A DNA stretch of 64,000 bases from a virus (lineage: Duplodnaviria > Caudoviricetes). Under the pieces are notes generated by a model. It saw nothing but the letters and a program-made list of their open reading frames with translations. It was not told where the DNA came from and did no database searches. Positions 10,992 through 20,818 of the stretch are shown here, piece after piece. Positions within the stretch are counted from its first letter, which is position 1, and every line of letters begins with the position of its first letter. The stretch spans positions 1 through 64,000 of the IMG/VR virus record IMGVR_UViG_2974731955_000001; one strand, 5' to 3'. Both the position numbers and the translations under genes were made by a program.

Positions 10992-11484
10992 AATTATTAT
11001 TTTTTATTATTGCTTGACAAAATTTTTTTAATTCCGATAAAGAAAGTTCACCTTTCATCATATTTGCAGCAAAACATACAAATTGAACATTTCCGACTTC
11101 ATAACCTTTATTTGGATCAATTTTATCGATGCTCAAACTATAAGGATTGCGTTTACCTTTTGATTGTTGATAACTCATAGGAAAATTAGTTAAAGCGCAT
11201 TTGCCCTCTTGTTTATTCCACAATTGTTTCAAATACTCTAAAGTAATATCTATATACAGATTTTTCTTCTTTGCTCTAACTTGTGCATCATGTAATCTTA
11301 TTTTTAGTAATTTATCTAATGCTTCGCTTTCCTTTACCTGTCTTCTATTCTTTCCATATATATCCTTAAAACACTTTTTACAAGTACAATTTAGACAATT
11401 TCTATATTTGTTTCTTGAACACTTAGGAAATTCAGAAGCAGTTTTGTATTTTTTACAAACAGAACAAATATAAGTTTCGGACAT
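10984..11484 (-). CDS. Free-standing HNH-like homing endonuclease
   Basis: CxxC zinc motifs; SIDKIDPNKGYEVGNVQFVCFAANMMKG beta-beta-alpha-Me motif. Confidence 0.8.
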   Translation of the reverse strand: MSETYICSVCKKYKTASEFPKCSRNKYRNCLNCTCKKCFKDIYGKNRRQVKESEALDKLLKIRLHDAQVRAKKKNLYIDITLEYLKQLWNKQEGKCALTNFPMSYQQSKGKRNPYSLSIDKIDPNKGYEVGNVQFVCFAANMMKGELSLSELKKFCQAIIKNNNYA

Positions 11485-11606
11485 AATTTTATCAAGCTTG
11501 GTTAAACTTATTTTTGGATATCCTTAGTTTAACGCTTCGTTTAATCTTTCTACTTTCATGTTTCAGATTTCCTCGTCAGATTAAACTAAGAAAATTTTTC
11601 GTATAA

Positions 11607-12308
11607 TCATTCCATTGTTGAAACTTCGTTCATATACGATTGATATCTTGGATTAGCCTCATTCTCCAAATACAACTCCGCTGCTAATTTCACTATTTCT
11701 AAATGAGTTGAAACTGGCATATCAGTATACTCCTCAAAAGGAGCATCTGTGAGACTAATCTTTTTGGGGGTTCTCAAATAAGTGAGAATATAATTTCTTA
11801 AATGATAATTACCATCTGTATACAAGTGAATTTCATTTCCTTCATACAATCTTAATGGTCTAGCAGATCTACCATGTAATCTATATTCTGACAAAGTGTT
11901 TTGTCTTTGTCTATCTATATTTTCTACTGTGGCTTCTAACACATCTGTATTTTTAGTTCTTGGTTGACCACTTGGACCCACAGGCCAACAATGATCATAA
12001 CTAAATATTACAGCAGTTTCTCCTACAGTAAACATATAATCATCTGGTAGAGTAACTGAATATTCTTCTGGATATGTAGTGAATTGATAAGACTTTCTAG
12101 TAACTAATGTACGCAGGTCATCTATTCTTTTTTGATCTTGTTCGAATCCAGTTTGCTTAAAATTGATACCGGAGTATCTAGTTTTAATAAATTTATCTAA
12201 CCCAGCCATTAACCAATACTCAATATCTGAAGTAGTAGGTTTTGTTAGATTATTATCTAATTGATCTATTTCTAATTCAAAAGCGGTTTGTAATTCAATA
12301 TACTTCAT
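11607..12308 (-). CDS. Tail ring/tubular protein
   Basis: One of three paralogues sharing LTYLRxP..H.EIVKLA. Confidence 0.72.
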   Translation of the reverse strand: MKYIELQTAFELEIDQLDNNLTKPTTSDIEYWLMAGLDKFIKTRYSGINFKQTGFEQDQKRIDDLRTLVTRKSYQFTTYPEEYSVTLPDDYMFTVGETAVIFSYDHCWPVGPSGQPRTKNTDVLEATVENIDRQRQNTLSEYRLHGRSARPLRLYEGNEIHLYTDGNYHLRNYILTYLRTPKKISLTDAPFEEYTDMPVSTHLEIVKLAAELYLENEANPRYQSYMNEVSTME

Positions 12309-13006
12309 TATTGTTGATCATTTGGTTGTTTTACTTGTAATCTATATTTACCTTCAGTAATAAACATATTAACTGCTAAATCTACAATTTCACTATGAAT
12401 TGATTCTGGTAGTTCACATTTACTAGCCCCATTAGTAGTATTGAATCTTAATGGTTTCCTGTAGTAAGTCAATGTAACATTACCTAATGTAGTATATGAA
12501 TCCACTGCTACTTCTATATAATTATATTTAGTAGTAGGATCTGATACTAATGCAACAGCAGGTTGTCTAATAATAGGGGTATTGTATGCTGTTTTAATAA
12601 ACTTACCAAGATCTCTATACTTGACCAATTGATTATCTACCCTAACAAAATCCTTGTATTGTTTATATGTACCTTTTACTTTACTAAAGGAATGTACATA
12701 TAAGAAATATTCTTCAGTAGATACATATGGTAATCTGTATCTTGTAAAACCATTAAGAGTAGTACCTGTTGCGGTTAACTCTTTTTCTACTAATAAACTC
12801 TTAATAGAATCTGTATTTCTAGTATGTATGTTGGTTTCAGTTTCCATCTGATCATCACCAACATAGTTCATCATTACATATCTATCTTGAGCTTCATTTA
12901 ATATTGAAAATATAAGATCAGAATTAGGCTTTTGGTCTATAGTAAGAGTAGGATCTATTAACTGTATCCTGCGCTCAAATTCCATTTGCATATTTTTTGC
13001 GTCCAT
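12308..13006 (-). CDS. Tail ring/tubular protein
   Basis: LTYYRKP...ELPESIHSEIVDLAV. Confidence 0.72.
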   Translation of the reverse strand: MDAKNMQMEFERRIQLIDPTLTIDQKPNSDLIFSILNEAQDRYVMMNYVGDDQMETETNIHTRNTDSIKSLLVEKELTATGTTLNGFTRYRLPYVSTEEYFLYVHSFSKVKGTYKQYKDFVRVDNQLVKYRDLGKFIKTAYNTPIIRQPAVALVSDPTTKYNYIEVAVDSYTTLGNVTLTYYRKPLRFNTTNGASKCELPESIHSEIVDLAVNMFITEGKYRLQVKQPNDQQ

Positions 13007-13015
13007 CTATACCTC

Positions 13016-13726
13016 CTATTCTGATAATTGTGCTACGTACTGTGGATGTGTTTGAGTTCTTGGAGATTCAATATTCTCAATTGCCATGTCAGCAGCTAGT
13101 TTAACTACTTCATATTGCATATACTCTGGAATTTCGTCTAGAGTAGACGTAATATCTTGATTATTAATCTTTCTTGGATATGCTAAATAAGTAATATCTA
13201 TAGTATAGGGACCTACCATAAGATCCCTATCTATAAATACTATTAACTTATTATCCTCTAGTATTGCTACAGGCTCTTCAATCCAAGGTTTATTATTATA
13301 AGTTTCTAAGAATCTAGTAGCTTGTTCGTGACTAATAAGTTTTACTGTAGCTATTTTATTACTACCAAAATGTAAAATTCCTTCTAAGAAGTACATACGC
13401 TTATCTTGAGTATCATCACCATAAGTAATACTAGATTTGAAATTATTCATAGTGAGTCTATTACTTATAGGTTCACTTAGTAAAGACAATCCTTTATCAG
13501 TTTTTACTAAACCCTCTAAATCTGCTACTCTTTTTATATTACCTTCAAATGGTATTCTAAGAGTATTATTACCAGTAGCTTTAGTAGCTATCTTACTTAG
13601 ATATGCTGTATACAACCAATAATCAATTTCCTCAGGCAAAAAAGATGGACAACCAGATATGCCAATATTAACGGCATTCTTGTCCGCTTCAATCTTAAAT
13701 GCTATATGTGCTTCTAATACTGTCAT
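13016..13726 (-). CDS. Tail ring/tubular protein
   Basis: PEEIDYWL; ITYLAYP...EIPEYMQYEVVKLAA. Confidence 0.72.
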   Translation of the reverse strand: MTVLEAHIAFKIEADKNAVNIGISGCPSFLPEEIDYWLYTAYLSKIATKATGNNTLRIPFEGNIKRVADLEGLVKTDKGLSLLSEPISNRLTMNNFKSSITYGDDTQDKRMYFLEGILHFGSNKIATVKLISHEQATRFLETYNNKPWIEEPVAILEDNKLIVFIDRDLMVGPYTIDITYLAYPRKINNQDITSTLDEIPEYMQYEVVKLAADMAIENIESPRTQTHPQYVAQLSE

Positions 13727-13734
13727 GTTTACTT

Positions 13735-14487
13735 TTACTTAGATTCTATTTCTTGAAGTATAGTCATTTTGATGTCCTGATTCTTTTTATCATTCAATGA
13801 AGCAATTGCATCTTCCAAACTTCTACCAATAATGTCAGTACCATAGTAGTAGATGTTTTTAGACTTGCGAATTACATTCTTTGAAATAGCTGCTTCAATA
13901 ATGTATTGAGTATCTCTTACTTTGTTGTTTACCCAAATCAAGAAGAACTTATCAGGATTGTTTTCAATGAGATCAAATAAACTACTTTCAACTAGCTCAT
14001 TACTGATATTATCAGTCTTGTGACCATATAAGCGTAAACATTTGCGCATTTCCTCAATTGACATCTTATTAAATTCAGAGAATGCCTCACGTTTAGCTTT
14101 ATTTCTTTTGTTAGCTTCTTCAGCTTCAATTTCTTTATTTACAAGAACATAGTCATGAGTAGGTTTAAGATTATTGATTCCATTTGCTACTCTTTTGTGT
14201 CCTTTTAAAAATAAATATGCAAGTTCATCTTCAGGTCTTTCAGTATGTAAAACTTTATCTCTTGCGCCTAAACCGATTGCATATGTTTTCCAGAATCCAC
14301 TTTGTGGAGATAAATGTCCTTCTTCATATCCCATTTCTTTCTCCAAACGTCTAGCATCTTCTGGGGTTAAACCAGTATATCTATTACCAGATCTTGTCCA
14401 GTAAGTACTGATATAATCTTTACAATTCTTATACTTAGCGATTCCAGCCCATGGGTTTGTACGGGCGAATTTTAATATTATATCCAT
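13735..14487 (-). CDS. Conserved virion-module protein downstream of major capsid gene
   Basis: 250 aa ORF; position in crAss-like capsid operon. Confidence 0.65.
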   Translation of the reverse strand: MDIILKFARTNPWAGIAKYKNCKDYISTYWTRSGNRYTGLTPEDARRLEKEMGYEEGHLSPQSGFWKTYAIGLGARDKVLHTERPEDELAYLFLKGHKRVANGINNLKPTHDYVLVNKEIEAEEANKRNKAKREAFSEFNKMSIEEMRKCLRLYGHKTDNISNELVESSLFDLIENNPDKFFLIWVNNKVRDTQYIIEAAISKNVIRKSKNIYYYGTDIIGRSLEDAIASLNDKKNQDIKMTILQEIESK

Positions 14488-14493
14488 AGTATT

Positions 14494-15597
14494 TTATTCT
14501 TTATAAAATTTCAGATATCCTACATTAGGTATTATTCGAATGCCGTATCGTTTTAACTGCTTACCTACTGTAGATCTATCTACATTTGTAAGTTTTGATG
14601 CATCTTCCAATGTATCAAATATTTTTATTAATTCATTATCTTGATTGTATAAAGCAACTTTTCTGGTATTGTTACCTGCACGTTTACTCATTGCGACATT
14701 TTCCTGAGTATGTAATACGTTTAGATCTTCTGCTGTTAAATTAGCAACATCTTCAATTTTACGCCACGTGCAATTCTTGATATTTTTATTATTTAGATAT
14801 ACTCCAGCACAATGCTCTTTTATGGTTCTTAACGATACGCCAGTTTGTCTGCTTGCTTCAGCTATACTGTAGAATAATGCAATTCTTTTACCTTGTAAAT
14901 CTAATTGTTCTACTATTGTATTGGCAAACATGTTATCACGACTACGTTGTTTTTCTCCTGCTTTTAAAAAGTTTTCTGATACTTTTCTCTCATACACTTT
15001 GTTACAATACATATCAGAAGTATCTATTTTAGTAGGAACAGTTTCAAATTCATCTTTATAAAACCATACATATGGATTTACTTTAGATTGTGTTTTTAAT
15101 GTCTTATTAAGAGCTCTTAACATTGAAGCTCTACTAATCTTAGTAAATTCACAAGCGTGAGTTACACTGGGATATTCTTGAATAAAGTCACCTTCTTTGC
15201 TATATTGCAATACCGCTCTGTAGTACGATGACATATCTTTACCTTTGTGTATTGCTGATATTTTGACCTTTGCCTCTTCTGTGTGGAACATTATATCACC
15301 ACCACAGTCACCATTATATCCATACTTAGGATTTGTAGATCTGTATTGAATGATCCAATACTTTTCTCTTTCTTTTGCTTCATCAATGGTGTTTACGTAT
15401 TCTAATGTTTTCACTTCAAAAACATCTGTACCAAATTCTCTTATTGCTTTATGAAAAGAATAATTGGAGCCACTTTCCGATTTCCAAACGTGTTGTTTGA
15501 AACGCTTTGCACTACCTTGGCTAGTAGCTCCAATGTATACTTTATTGTTTTGTGTATTGCTTACTAAGTAAATTTCAAATAATTGGTTCTTTTTCAT
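14494..15597 (-). CDS. Free-standing GIY-YIG homing endonuclease with NUMOD repeats
   Basis: EIY..N..NNKVYIG, RFKQH, E...GYN; three NUMOD1-like HTH repeats (QYSKEGDFIQEYPSV, FYSIAEASRQTG, FDTLEDAS). Confidence 0.9.
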   Translation of the reverse strand: MKKNQLFEIYLVSNTQNNKVYIGATSQGSAKRFKQHVWKSESGSNYSFHKAIREFGTDVFEVKTLEYVNTIDEAKEREKYWIIQYRSTNPKYGYNGDCGGDIMFHTEEAKVKISAIHKGKDMSSYYRAVLQYSKEGDFIQEYPSVTHACEFTKISRASMLRALNKTLKTQSKVNPYVWFYKDEFETVPTKIDTSDMYCNKVYERKVSENFLKAGEKQRSRDNMFANTIVEQLDLQGKRIALFYSIAEASRQTGVSLRTIKEHCAGVYLNNKNIKNCTWRKIEDVANLTAEDLNVLHTQENVAMSKRAGNNTRKVALYNQDNELIKIFDTLEDASKLTNVDRSTVGKQLKRYGIRIIPNVGYLKFYKE

Positions 15598-15627
15598 AAA
15601 TATTCTTTTTGTTACATTTATTTATGT

Positions 15628-15652
15628 AACGTAAGAATATCAGAAATGTTCC
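15628..15652 (-). promoter_or_regulatory. ECF-type promoter for GIY-YIG gene
   Basis: GGAAC-N16-CGTT on minus strand. Confidence 0.7.
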
Positions 15653-15671
15653 AATTAAGTGTGTCCATTTC

Positions 15672-17980
15672 TTAGTCCTCGACCTCCATCAGCAATTCAC
15701 CGCACGCGCGTGGGTCACGTAACATTATCCCCATCTCGCCTAAAAAATGCACAGAGTACCCGTCCTTTGCATTAGATCTTACTGTGGATTTATTTTTAGA
15801 GTAACCAGTTCCCGGAGCTACAGAACCTGAAGTATTCCAGATAACCATCTCACGGTCCTTACGAACAACCTTAACGATATTAGCTTGACCATCACGTCTA
15901 CCAAGATCCAAGAATGTCATTCTATAAGATTCCAGTGGTTTACCAGATACCGGATGTAACAAACGATTATAAGTAGTATCATCATACAACGGGAAATGTT
16001 TCAATGTCAACTCGATGCCATTTGTCATCTTGTATGTTACAAACTGACCACCTAAAACCAAAGCCTGACCAGAACCACTGATAAACTTCGTATCAATTAA
16101 GTTCATTGTAGCTGCTTTTTGTTTCAATACACGGTCAAATTCTCTCATACCCATTTCACCAGTCAAAGCAACAAACTTACGTTCGTTAGTACCTAAGATA
16201 TTGTAAGACAAGTCAAACAAAAAGTCTTCCAATAATTCCGGAGTTAACTCAGTGTAGTAACGTCTGTTAGACGGAGCAATCTGTTGCAACAGACCTGCAG
16301 GAATGTAAACCGGACGGCCATTTGTGCCTAACAATGAAGTAGAACCATCTTTGTTTACATTAGACTTAGAGTAAACCATCATTCTCTCACATCTCTTAGA
16401 CCACTCACGCATTGCCTTCCATTCCTGATAATCAGACCACAAATAAGAAGTCTTACCAGTTTTAGGATCTTTCAAAGCAATCCAAAGTACTGTAGAATAA
16501 GCTGTACCTGTAATATCATAATCCAAGCGAGTTGTAAACAAGAAGTTTCTCATCTTGAAATGAGTATTATAATTCAGGATATCACCCTCTTCACTGTACT
16601 CTTCGTAAGCAGAAGCTAAACGAGATACTTGACGACCAGCTAACAAATATTCACCAGGAATATAAGAGTTAGATTGACCATCCGCAATGAAACAAGTATA
16701 AACCCATTCATTACCATCTTGATAAGGAGCACCAGAAACACGTACTTGATACTCTCTATTATCAAATTCCAAAATTGCACCAGGACCAACAATATGTTCA
16801 ATATGGTTCGCTACACCATATCCGCCTTTCGGCTGCTTTATCTCTCGATAAATGTTCAGACTATATCTTAATCCTACTTAGGATTCTTTGCATTTCGACT
16901 CGCTTGAGTCTACTCCCAATTGGGATAGTCGTTGAACCTTCAAATATTCAGAATCTACTCTTAAACCTTTAAAAATACCTTGTTTTACATAAGATCCAGT
17001 GTTCGCATATTTTACAATAATTGCTTTAAAATTTTTTGCAGTGCAGTGAAATTGTTTTGCTACATTGTTTATTCCAATTATTGTAAATGCCTTACCATTA
17101 TAAACATTTGTAAAAGTATAGGCTTTATAATTTTCTGGTATTTTATATCTATTTTCTTTAAAAGAGTAGTGGGCGTTTTCATAATTAGTAGTCCACTCTA
17201 AGTTTTCTACTGAATCATTTTGACGATTATAATCTTTATGATTTATTTGTGGTTTGTTCTCAGAATTTTCTATAAAAGTTTCAGCTACTAGTCGTGCAAT
17301 ACGATATTCTCTTCGTATCTTATTATTACATAAACAAACTCTTCTATAACCGTCCATTGATAGTCTAGGTTTTAAATATATTCCACGTTTCAATGAAAAA
17401 ACCTGACCATTTTCTGTTATTTCGTACAGCCCTTCCCATCCTCTGATAGGTCTTCTTTCTATTTGCTTGGCTGCTGATTGTCCATTTTTAACTTTCGTTT
17501 CCATATATTTATATTTTACTCTTGGGTTTAAATATCTTTAGGAGTTTCCAGCAATTAACAAAGTTTATTTTTCGTAGTATTACTACTACGCATGGCTTGG
17601 CGTTATGCTAACCATTTGTCCTCTAACCACAACATGATAGGCGTGTTACCCAAACCTGCCATAACTGTGTTAGCATTTGCAGCAGTGATTTCTGTTCCCT
17701 GCCATTTTGCAGAGCGAATCGTCACAGCTCTATCACTATCGATCATTACAGACCATTCGTAGTCTCTTTGGTCAATTGTCATTACATTACCAAGACCACC
17801 AGTAATTGCATCCAAAGAAGTGCTATAACCATCATCTTTAGAACCGAATACGTAAGAAATAACACGGGTTACTTCATACGGTCTAGTAAGCATTGCATTT
17901 GAAATCATATTCTCATCAACAAGATCTGAGAACCATTTACCTCTACCGATCTGTAAATTATTTAAAATTCCGTTATCCAT
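15672..17980 (-). CDS. Major capsid protein, two exons (17980-17611 + 16789-15672), 495 aa spliced
   Basis: Joining TGG-T|TT-GGT restores frame: LEDKW-F-GPGAILEFDNREYQ. Length and position after scaffold fit a crAss-like MCP. Confidence 0.9.
16790..17610 (-). mobile_element. Group I intron in major capsid gene (821 nt)
   Basis: Core elements AATTGCTGGAAA, AATCAGCAGCC, GTTCAACGACTA, AAGATATAGTCT. Exon ends U, intron ends G. IGS GCCAT pairs exon ATGGT; GCCAA pairs exon 2 TTGGT (P10). Confidence 0.93.
16878..17504 (-). CDS. Intron-encoded NUMOD4-HNH endonuclease
   Basis: PIRGWEGLYEITENGQV (NUMOD4); RLVAETF..INHKD.NRQND.VENLEW...EN (HNH). Confidence 0.9.
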   Translation of the reverse strand: METKVKNGQSAAKQIERRPIRGWEGLYEITENGQVFSLKRGIYLKPRLSMDGYRRVCLCNNKIRREYRIARLVAETFIENSENKPQINHKDYNRQNDSVENLEWTTNYENAHYSFKENRYKIPENYKAYTFTNVYNGKAFTIIGINNVAKQFHCTAKNFKAIIVKYANTGSYVKQGIFKGLRVDSEYLKVQRLSQLGVDSSESKCKES

Positions 17981-18005
17981 ATAAATGTTAGTAATTTATT
18001 TTTAA

Positions 18006-19187
18006 TTAAAGTAGTTGTACTGCACGACTAAAAATAGAGTTAGATGAACTTGTATTAATTCTCTTAGTACCTTTACTAACGCCTGTTGATCTGAGACTAT
18101 TTTTCAGATTTTTAATAGCAGAGCTAGTACCCTGTTTTTTGGCAGCATCTAACAAAGTGTCACCTCGCATTGTAAAATAAGCTGACTCTATTAAATTCTT
18201 TACGCTCTTGGAATAGTCTTTTTGGTACTGAGTTTTTCCACTAGCGTCGGCTTTAAATATATAAGCCAATAATTCTTTCTTGTCCTTAGCTGGTATCTTA
18301 ATACCACGTATATTGTCCAAGGACTTTATTTCACCGACAACGTCATCAAAAAACTTTTGTTGGCGCTGTACCATTTCCTCCTTTTTGATTCTTTGTTGCT
18401 CTAATAGCTCTTCTTTCTCTTTTGCAACAATCTCTTGAAGTTCCTCAACCGCATCTCTAGCCTCATCTTCTAATACTCCAGCATCTTCAAATCTTTCGAT
18501 TTTCTTAGCAATTTGTTTGTCACTGTAACCTTTTCTAGCTAGTAACTCTCTCAATACTATCTTTTGCTCATTTTCATTTTCAATATCAACATTGTCAACA
18601 TCAATGTCTGGAGTAATAGAGAAATAATCTTCTAACTTACCCCCATTACGAACAAATTCATCTAATTTTGCAACATCTTCGCTTGCATATTCTGGAGTAG
18701 ATTGTTCTTCGATTACTTCTTTAAAATACTTAACCAATTCTTCTACAGTCTTTGGTTTTTCTTCTTCCTCTTCTTCATCAAAATCCCATTCTAATTCTTC
18801 AGCAATTGCATCAAATAAAGCAGATACTTGTTTAGATTCAACTTCATCTTCTTCAGTCTCTTCTTCAATTTCTTCTTCGGTTTCCTCTTCTTCAGTCTCT
18901 TCTTTATCCTTTTTCTTAGAAGCTTTTTTAGATTTTTTAGACTCTTCTACTTCTTCCTCTTCGATGTCTTCAGTTTCCTCTTCCTCTTCTTCCTCTTCTA
19001 TTTCTTCTGTCTTTTTATTTTTAGATCCAGGAGTAGCAGGTCTAGCTTTAGCAGACTCTTGTTTCAGTCTCTCTAATTCTTCATCATCAATATCATCATC
19101 TTGATGAATGTTGTTGCCAACTTGTTCAGTAAACATATCAGTTATAGCTGTAAATCCAAATAGTGTATCGTTACTATTGTTTTCCAT
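18006..19187 (-). CDS. Acidic putative capsid scaffolding protein
   Basis: Poly-Glu N-terminal half, coiled-coil C-terminal half, directly upstream of MCP. Confidence 0.7.
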   Translation of the reverse strand: MENNSNDTLFGFTAITDMFTEQVGNNIHQDDDIDDEELERLKQESAKARPATPGSKNKKTEEIEEEEEEEETEDIEEEEVEESKKSKKASKKKDKEETEEEETEEEIEEETEEDEVESKQVSALFDAIAEELEWDFDEEEEEEKPKTVEELVKYFKEVIEEQSTPEYASEDVAKLDEFVRNGGKLEDYFSITPDIDVDNVDIENENEQKIVLRELLARKGYSDKQIAKKIERFEDAGVLEDEARDAVEELQEIVAKEKEELLEQQRIKKEEMVQRQQKFFDDVVGEIKSLDNIRGIKIPAKDKKELLAYIFKADASGKTQYQKDYSKSVKNLIESAYFTMRGDTLLDAAKKQGTSSAIKNLKNSLRSTGVSKGTKRINTSSSNSIFSRAVQLL

Positions 19188-19213
19188 AATTAATTATAAT
19201 TAGATTGTAATTG

Positions 19214-19432
19214 TTATTTTTTCTTTCTGCCTCCAAAATTTCTAGCAAAATTTGCCCTCTTCTTTAAAGTTGGGCTTGCATTTGGGTCTTTTAATACTTT
19301 TTTGGCATACGCTTGAACACCCATCCCTGCTCTTTTAGCTGCTGCCGTAAACTTACCACGGTTCTTTTTCTTGATGTGTATACCTCCATCTTTATAAGAT
19401 GGAATTGGGTATACTGGGTATAAATTTTCCAT
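19214..19432 (-). CDS. Small basic virion-module protein
   Basis: YKDGGIHIKKKNRGKFT...LKKRANFARN, very basic. Confidence 0.7.
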   Translation of the reverse strand: MENLYPVYPIPSYKDGGIHIKKKNRGKFTAAAKRAGMGVQAYAKKVLKDPNASPTLKKRANFARNFGGRKKK

Positions 19433-19437
19433 ATTGA

Positions 19438-20733
19438 TTATTCTTTATTTAGTTCGTAACCTGCGAATCCAGCACCACCTAATGGCATTAAAATTTCCAT
19501 AGGAATTAATTTATTTAGTCTATCAATATATTCGTTTTTATTTCTATACAAATCATATTGATTCTTAACCATTTTATTTGATGTTGGATTTCTCATATAT
19601 TCCAAAATCATCTTTTCGTCTACAGGAGTACTCCAGTTTGTAATTTTACCAGAATCTTTTAATGATCTCTTTAGAGTTAACATATGACTTTTAGCTTCTG
19701 TAGGATTCAACAAGTATGCCCTACTACCAGCAGCATCAAATAATCCCATTTTTCTTAACTCCGCAGAACTATATGCATTGTTAGGATTTGCTAAATAATT
19801 TAGATAAGTGTTTGTAATGTATTCTTTACCACTATCAAAATCCTGAATCTTTCTAGACCCAGCTAAACCGTCCGCTACGTGTCCTAACTCATGATTGGCA
19901 GTTCCGGGCATATAAATATTATTATCTAATATCACACTATAATCATTTATATCTGTAGGTAATATATTATCTTTAATATTTTTTATATTTATTTGCCCAT
20001 AACCATCTTTGTCTGTATCACCCCATTTGACATAACTTCCTCTTTTAGTCATGTCTTTATATGCAATATTAGAATAAGCTCGTTTATAATTAGTTCCATA
20101 TGTTTTGTCTACATTTTCTACTAATTCACGAGTTCTTTCATCTGGAAAAATTGCTTGTTCTATTGTTCTAGAAATTTCTTGTTGGTACTTCTTAGAATTT
20201 CTATCTTTTCTTAATACTTCAGAAAATTCAGAATCATAATCTTCTTCTGTTTTCTTTCTAGTTTTCTTTTTAGTTTGAGTAGGAGCAAAACTGTGAACAC
20301 TAGCTCCATCAACTTCAGTACCCTCAATAATTCTTCCTACTTTGGATTTTAGTTTTTTGATACCTTTTCCAACTCCCCAAGGAATCAAGTTCAATACTGC
20401 ATCCATAGCTGCACCAGCATAATCTCCCTTACCTAAATCTTCAATAAAATTAACTGCATCTTTAATGTATCCAGCTGGAGTAATGTAAGCTTCTGGTTGA
20501 ACTGTATTAACTGCACCTGATATTTTCCTTTGTCTTTCAAAGTATTCAGGAGTACCGATTCTATATTCTGGTGGTAAATCTGCTTTGTTTATAGTTTTAC
20601 CCTTACCATCTTCATACGCAGGAATGGAATCAAATTGTTGCTTGATATCAAGATACGTAGCATCAGGGTTATTCACCCTGACACTATCGTATATTTGTTT
20701 TCTCTCTTTAAGAGATAAATCTTTCCATTTCAT
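19438..20733 (-). CDS. Putative virion cargo protein with zincin-like HExGH motif
   Basis: ANHELGHVADG plus downstream PTEAK; glycine-rich hydrophobic segment. Confidence 0.6.
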   Translation of the reverse strand: MKWKDLSLKERKQIYDSVRVNNPDATYLDIKQQFDSIPAYEDGKGKTINKADLPPEYRIGTPEYFERQRKISGAVNTVQPEAYITPAGYIKDAVNFIEDLGKGDYAGAAMDAVLNLIPWGVGKGIKKLKSKVGRIIEGTEVDGASVHSFAPTQTKKKTRKKTEEDYDSEFSEVLRKDRNSKKYQQEISRTIEQAIFPDERTRELVENVDKTYGTNYKRAYSNIAYKDMTKRGSYVKWGDTDKDGYGQINIKNIKDNILPTDINDYSVILDNNIYMPGTANHELGHVADGLAGSRKIQDFDSGKEYITNTYLNYLANPNNAYSSAELRKMGLFDAAGSRAYLLNPTEAKSHMLTLKRSLKDSGKITNWSTPVDEKMILEYMRNPTSNKMVKNQYDLYRNKNEYIDRLNKLIPMEILMPLGGAGFAGYELNKE

Positions 20734-20744
20734 ACTAGTAATAT

Positions 20745-20807
20745 TTATTTACCTGTCTTACCTGGTTTACCTTTTCCGCCCTTTTTAGAGCCTCCTTTAC
20801 AAGCCAT
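20745..20807 (-). CDS. 20-aa Gly/Lys peptide MACKGGSKKGGKGKPGKTGK
   Basis: Translated by hand; AGGAGG 7 nt upstream; fills the gap after the portal gene. Confidence 0.65.
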   Translation of the reverse strand: MACKGGSKKGGKGKPGKTGK

Positions 20808-20818
20808 AATTAGTCCTC

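Noticed and set aside
11531-11555. ECF promoter for the free-standing HNH gene
   Set aside because: CGTT is present but there is no AAC at 16-17 nt spacing.
18830-19010. TCT/TTC microsatellite-like tract
   Set aside because: It encodes the poly-Glu region of the scaffold protein.
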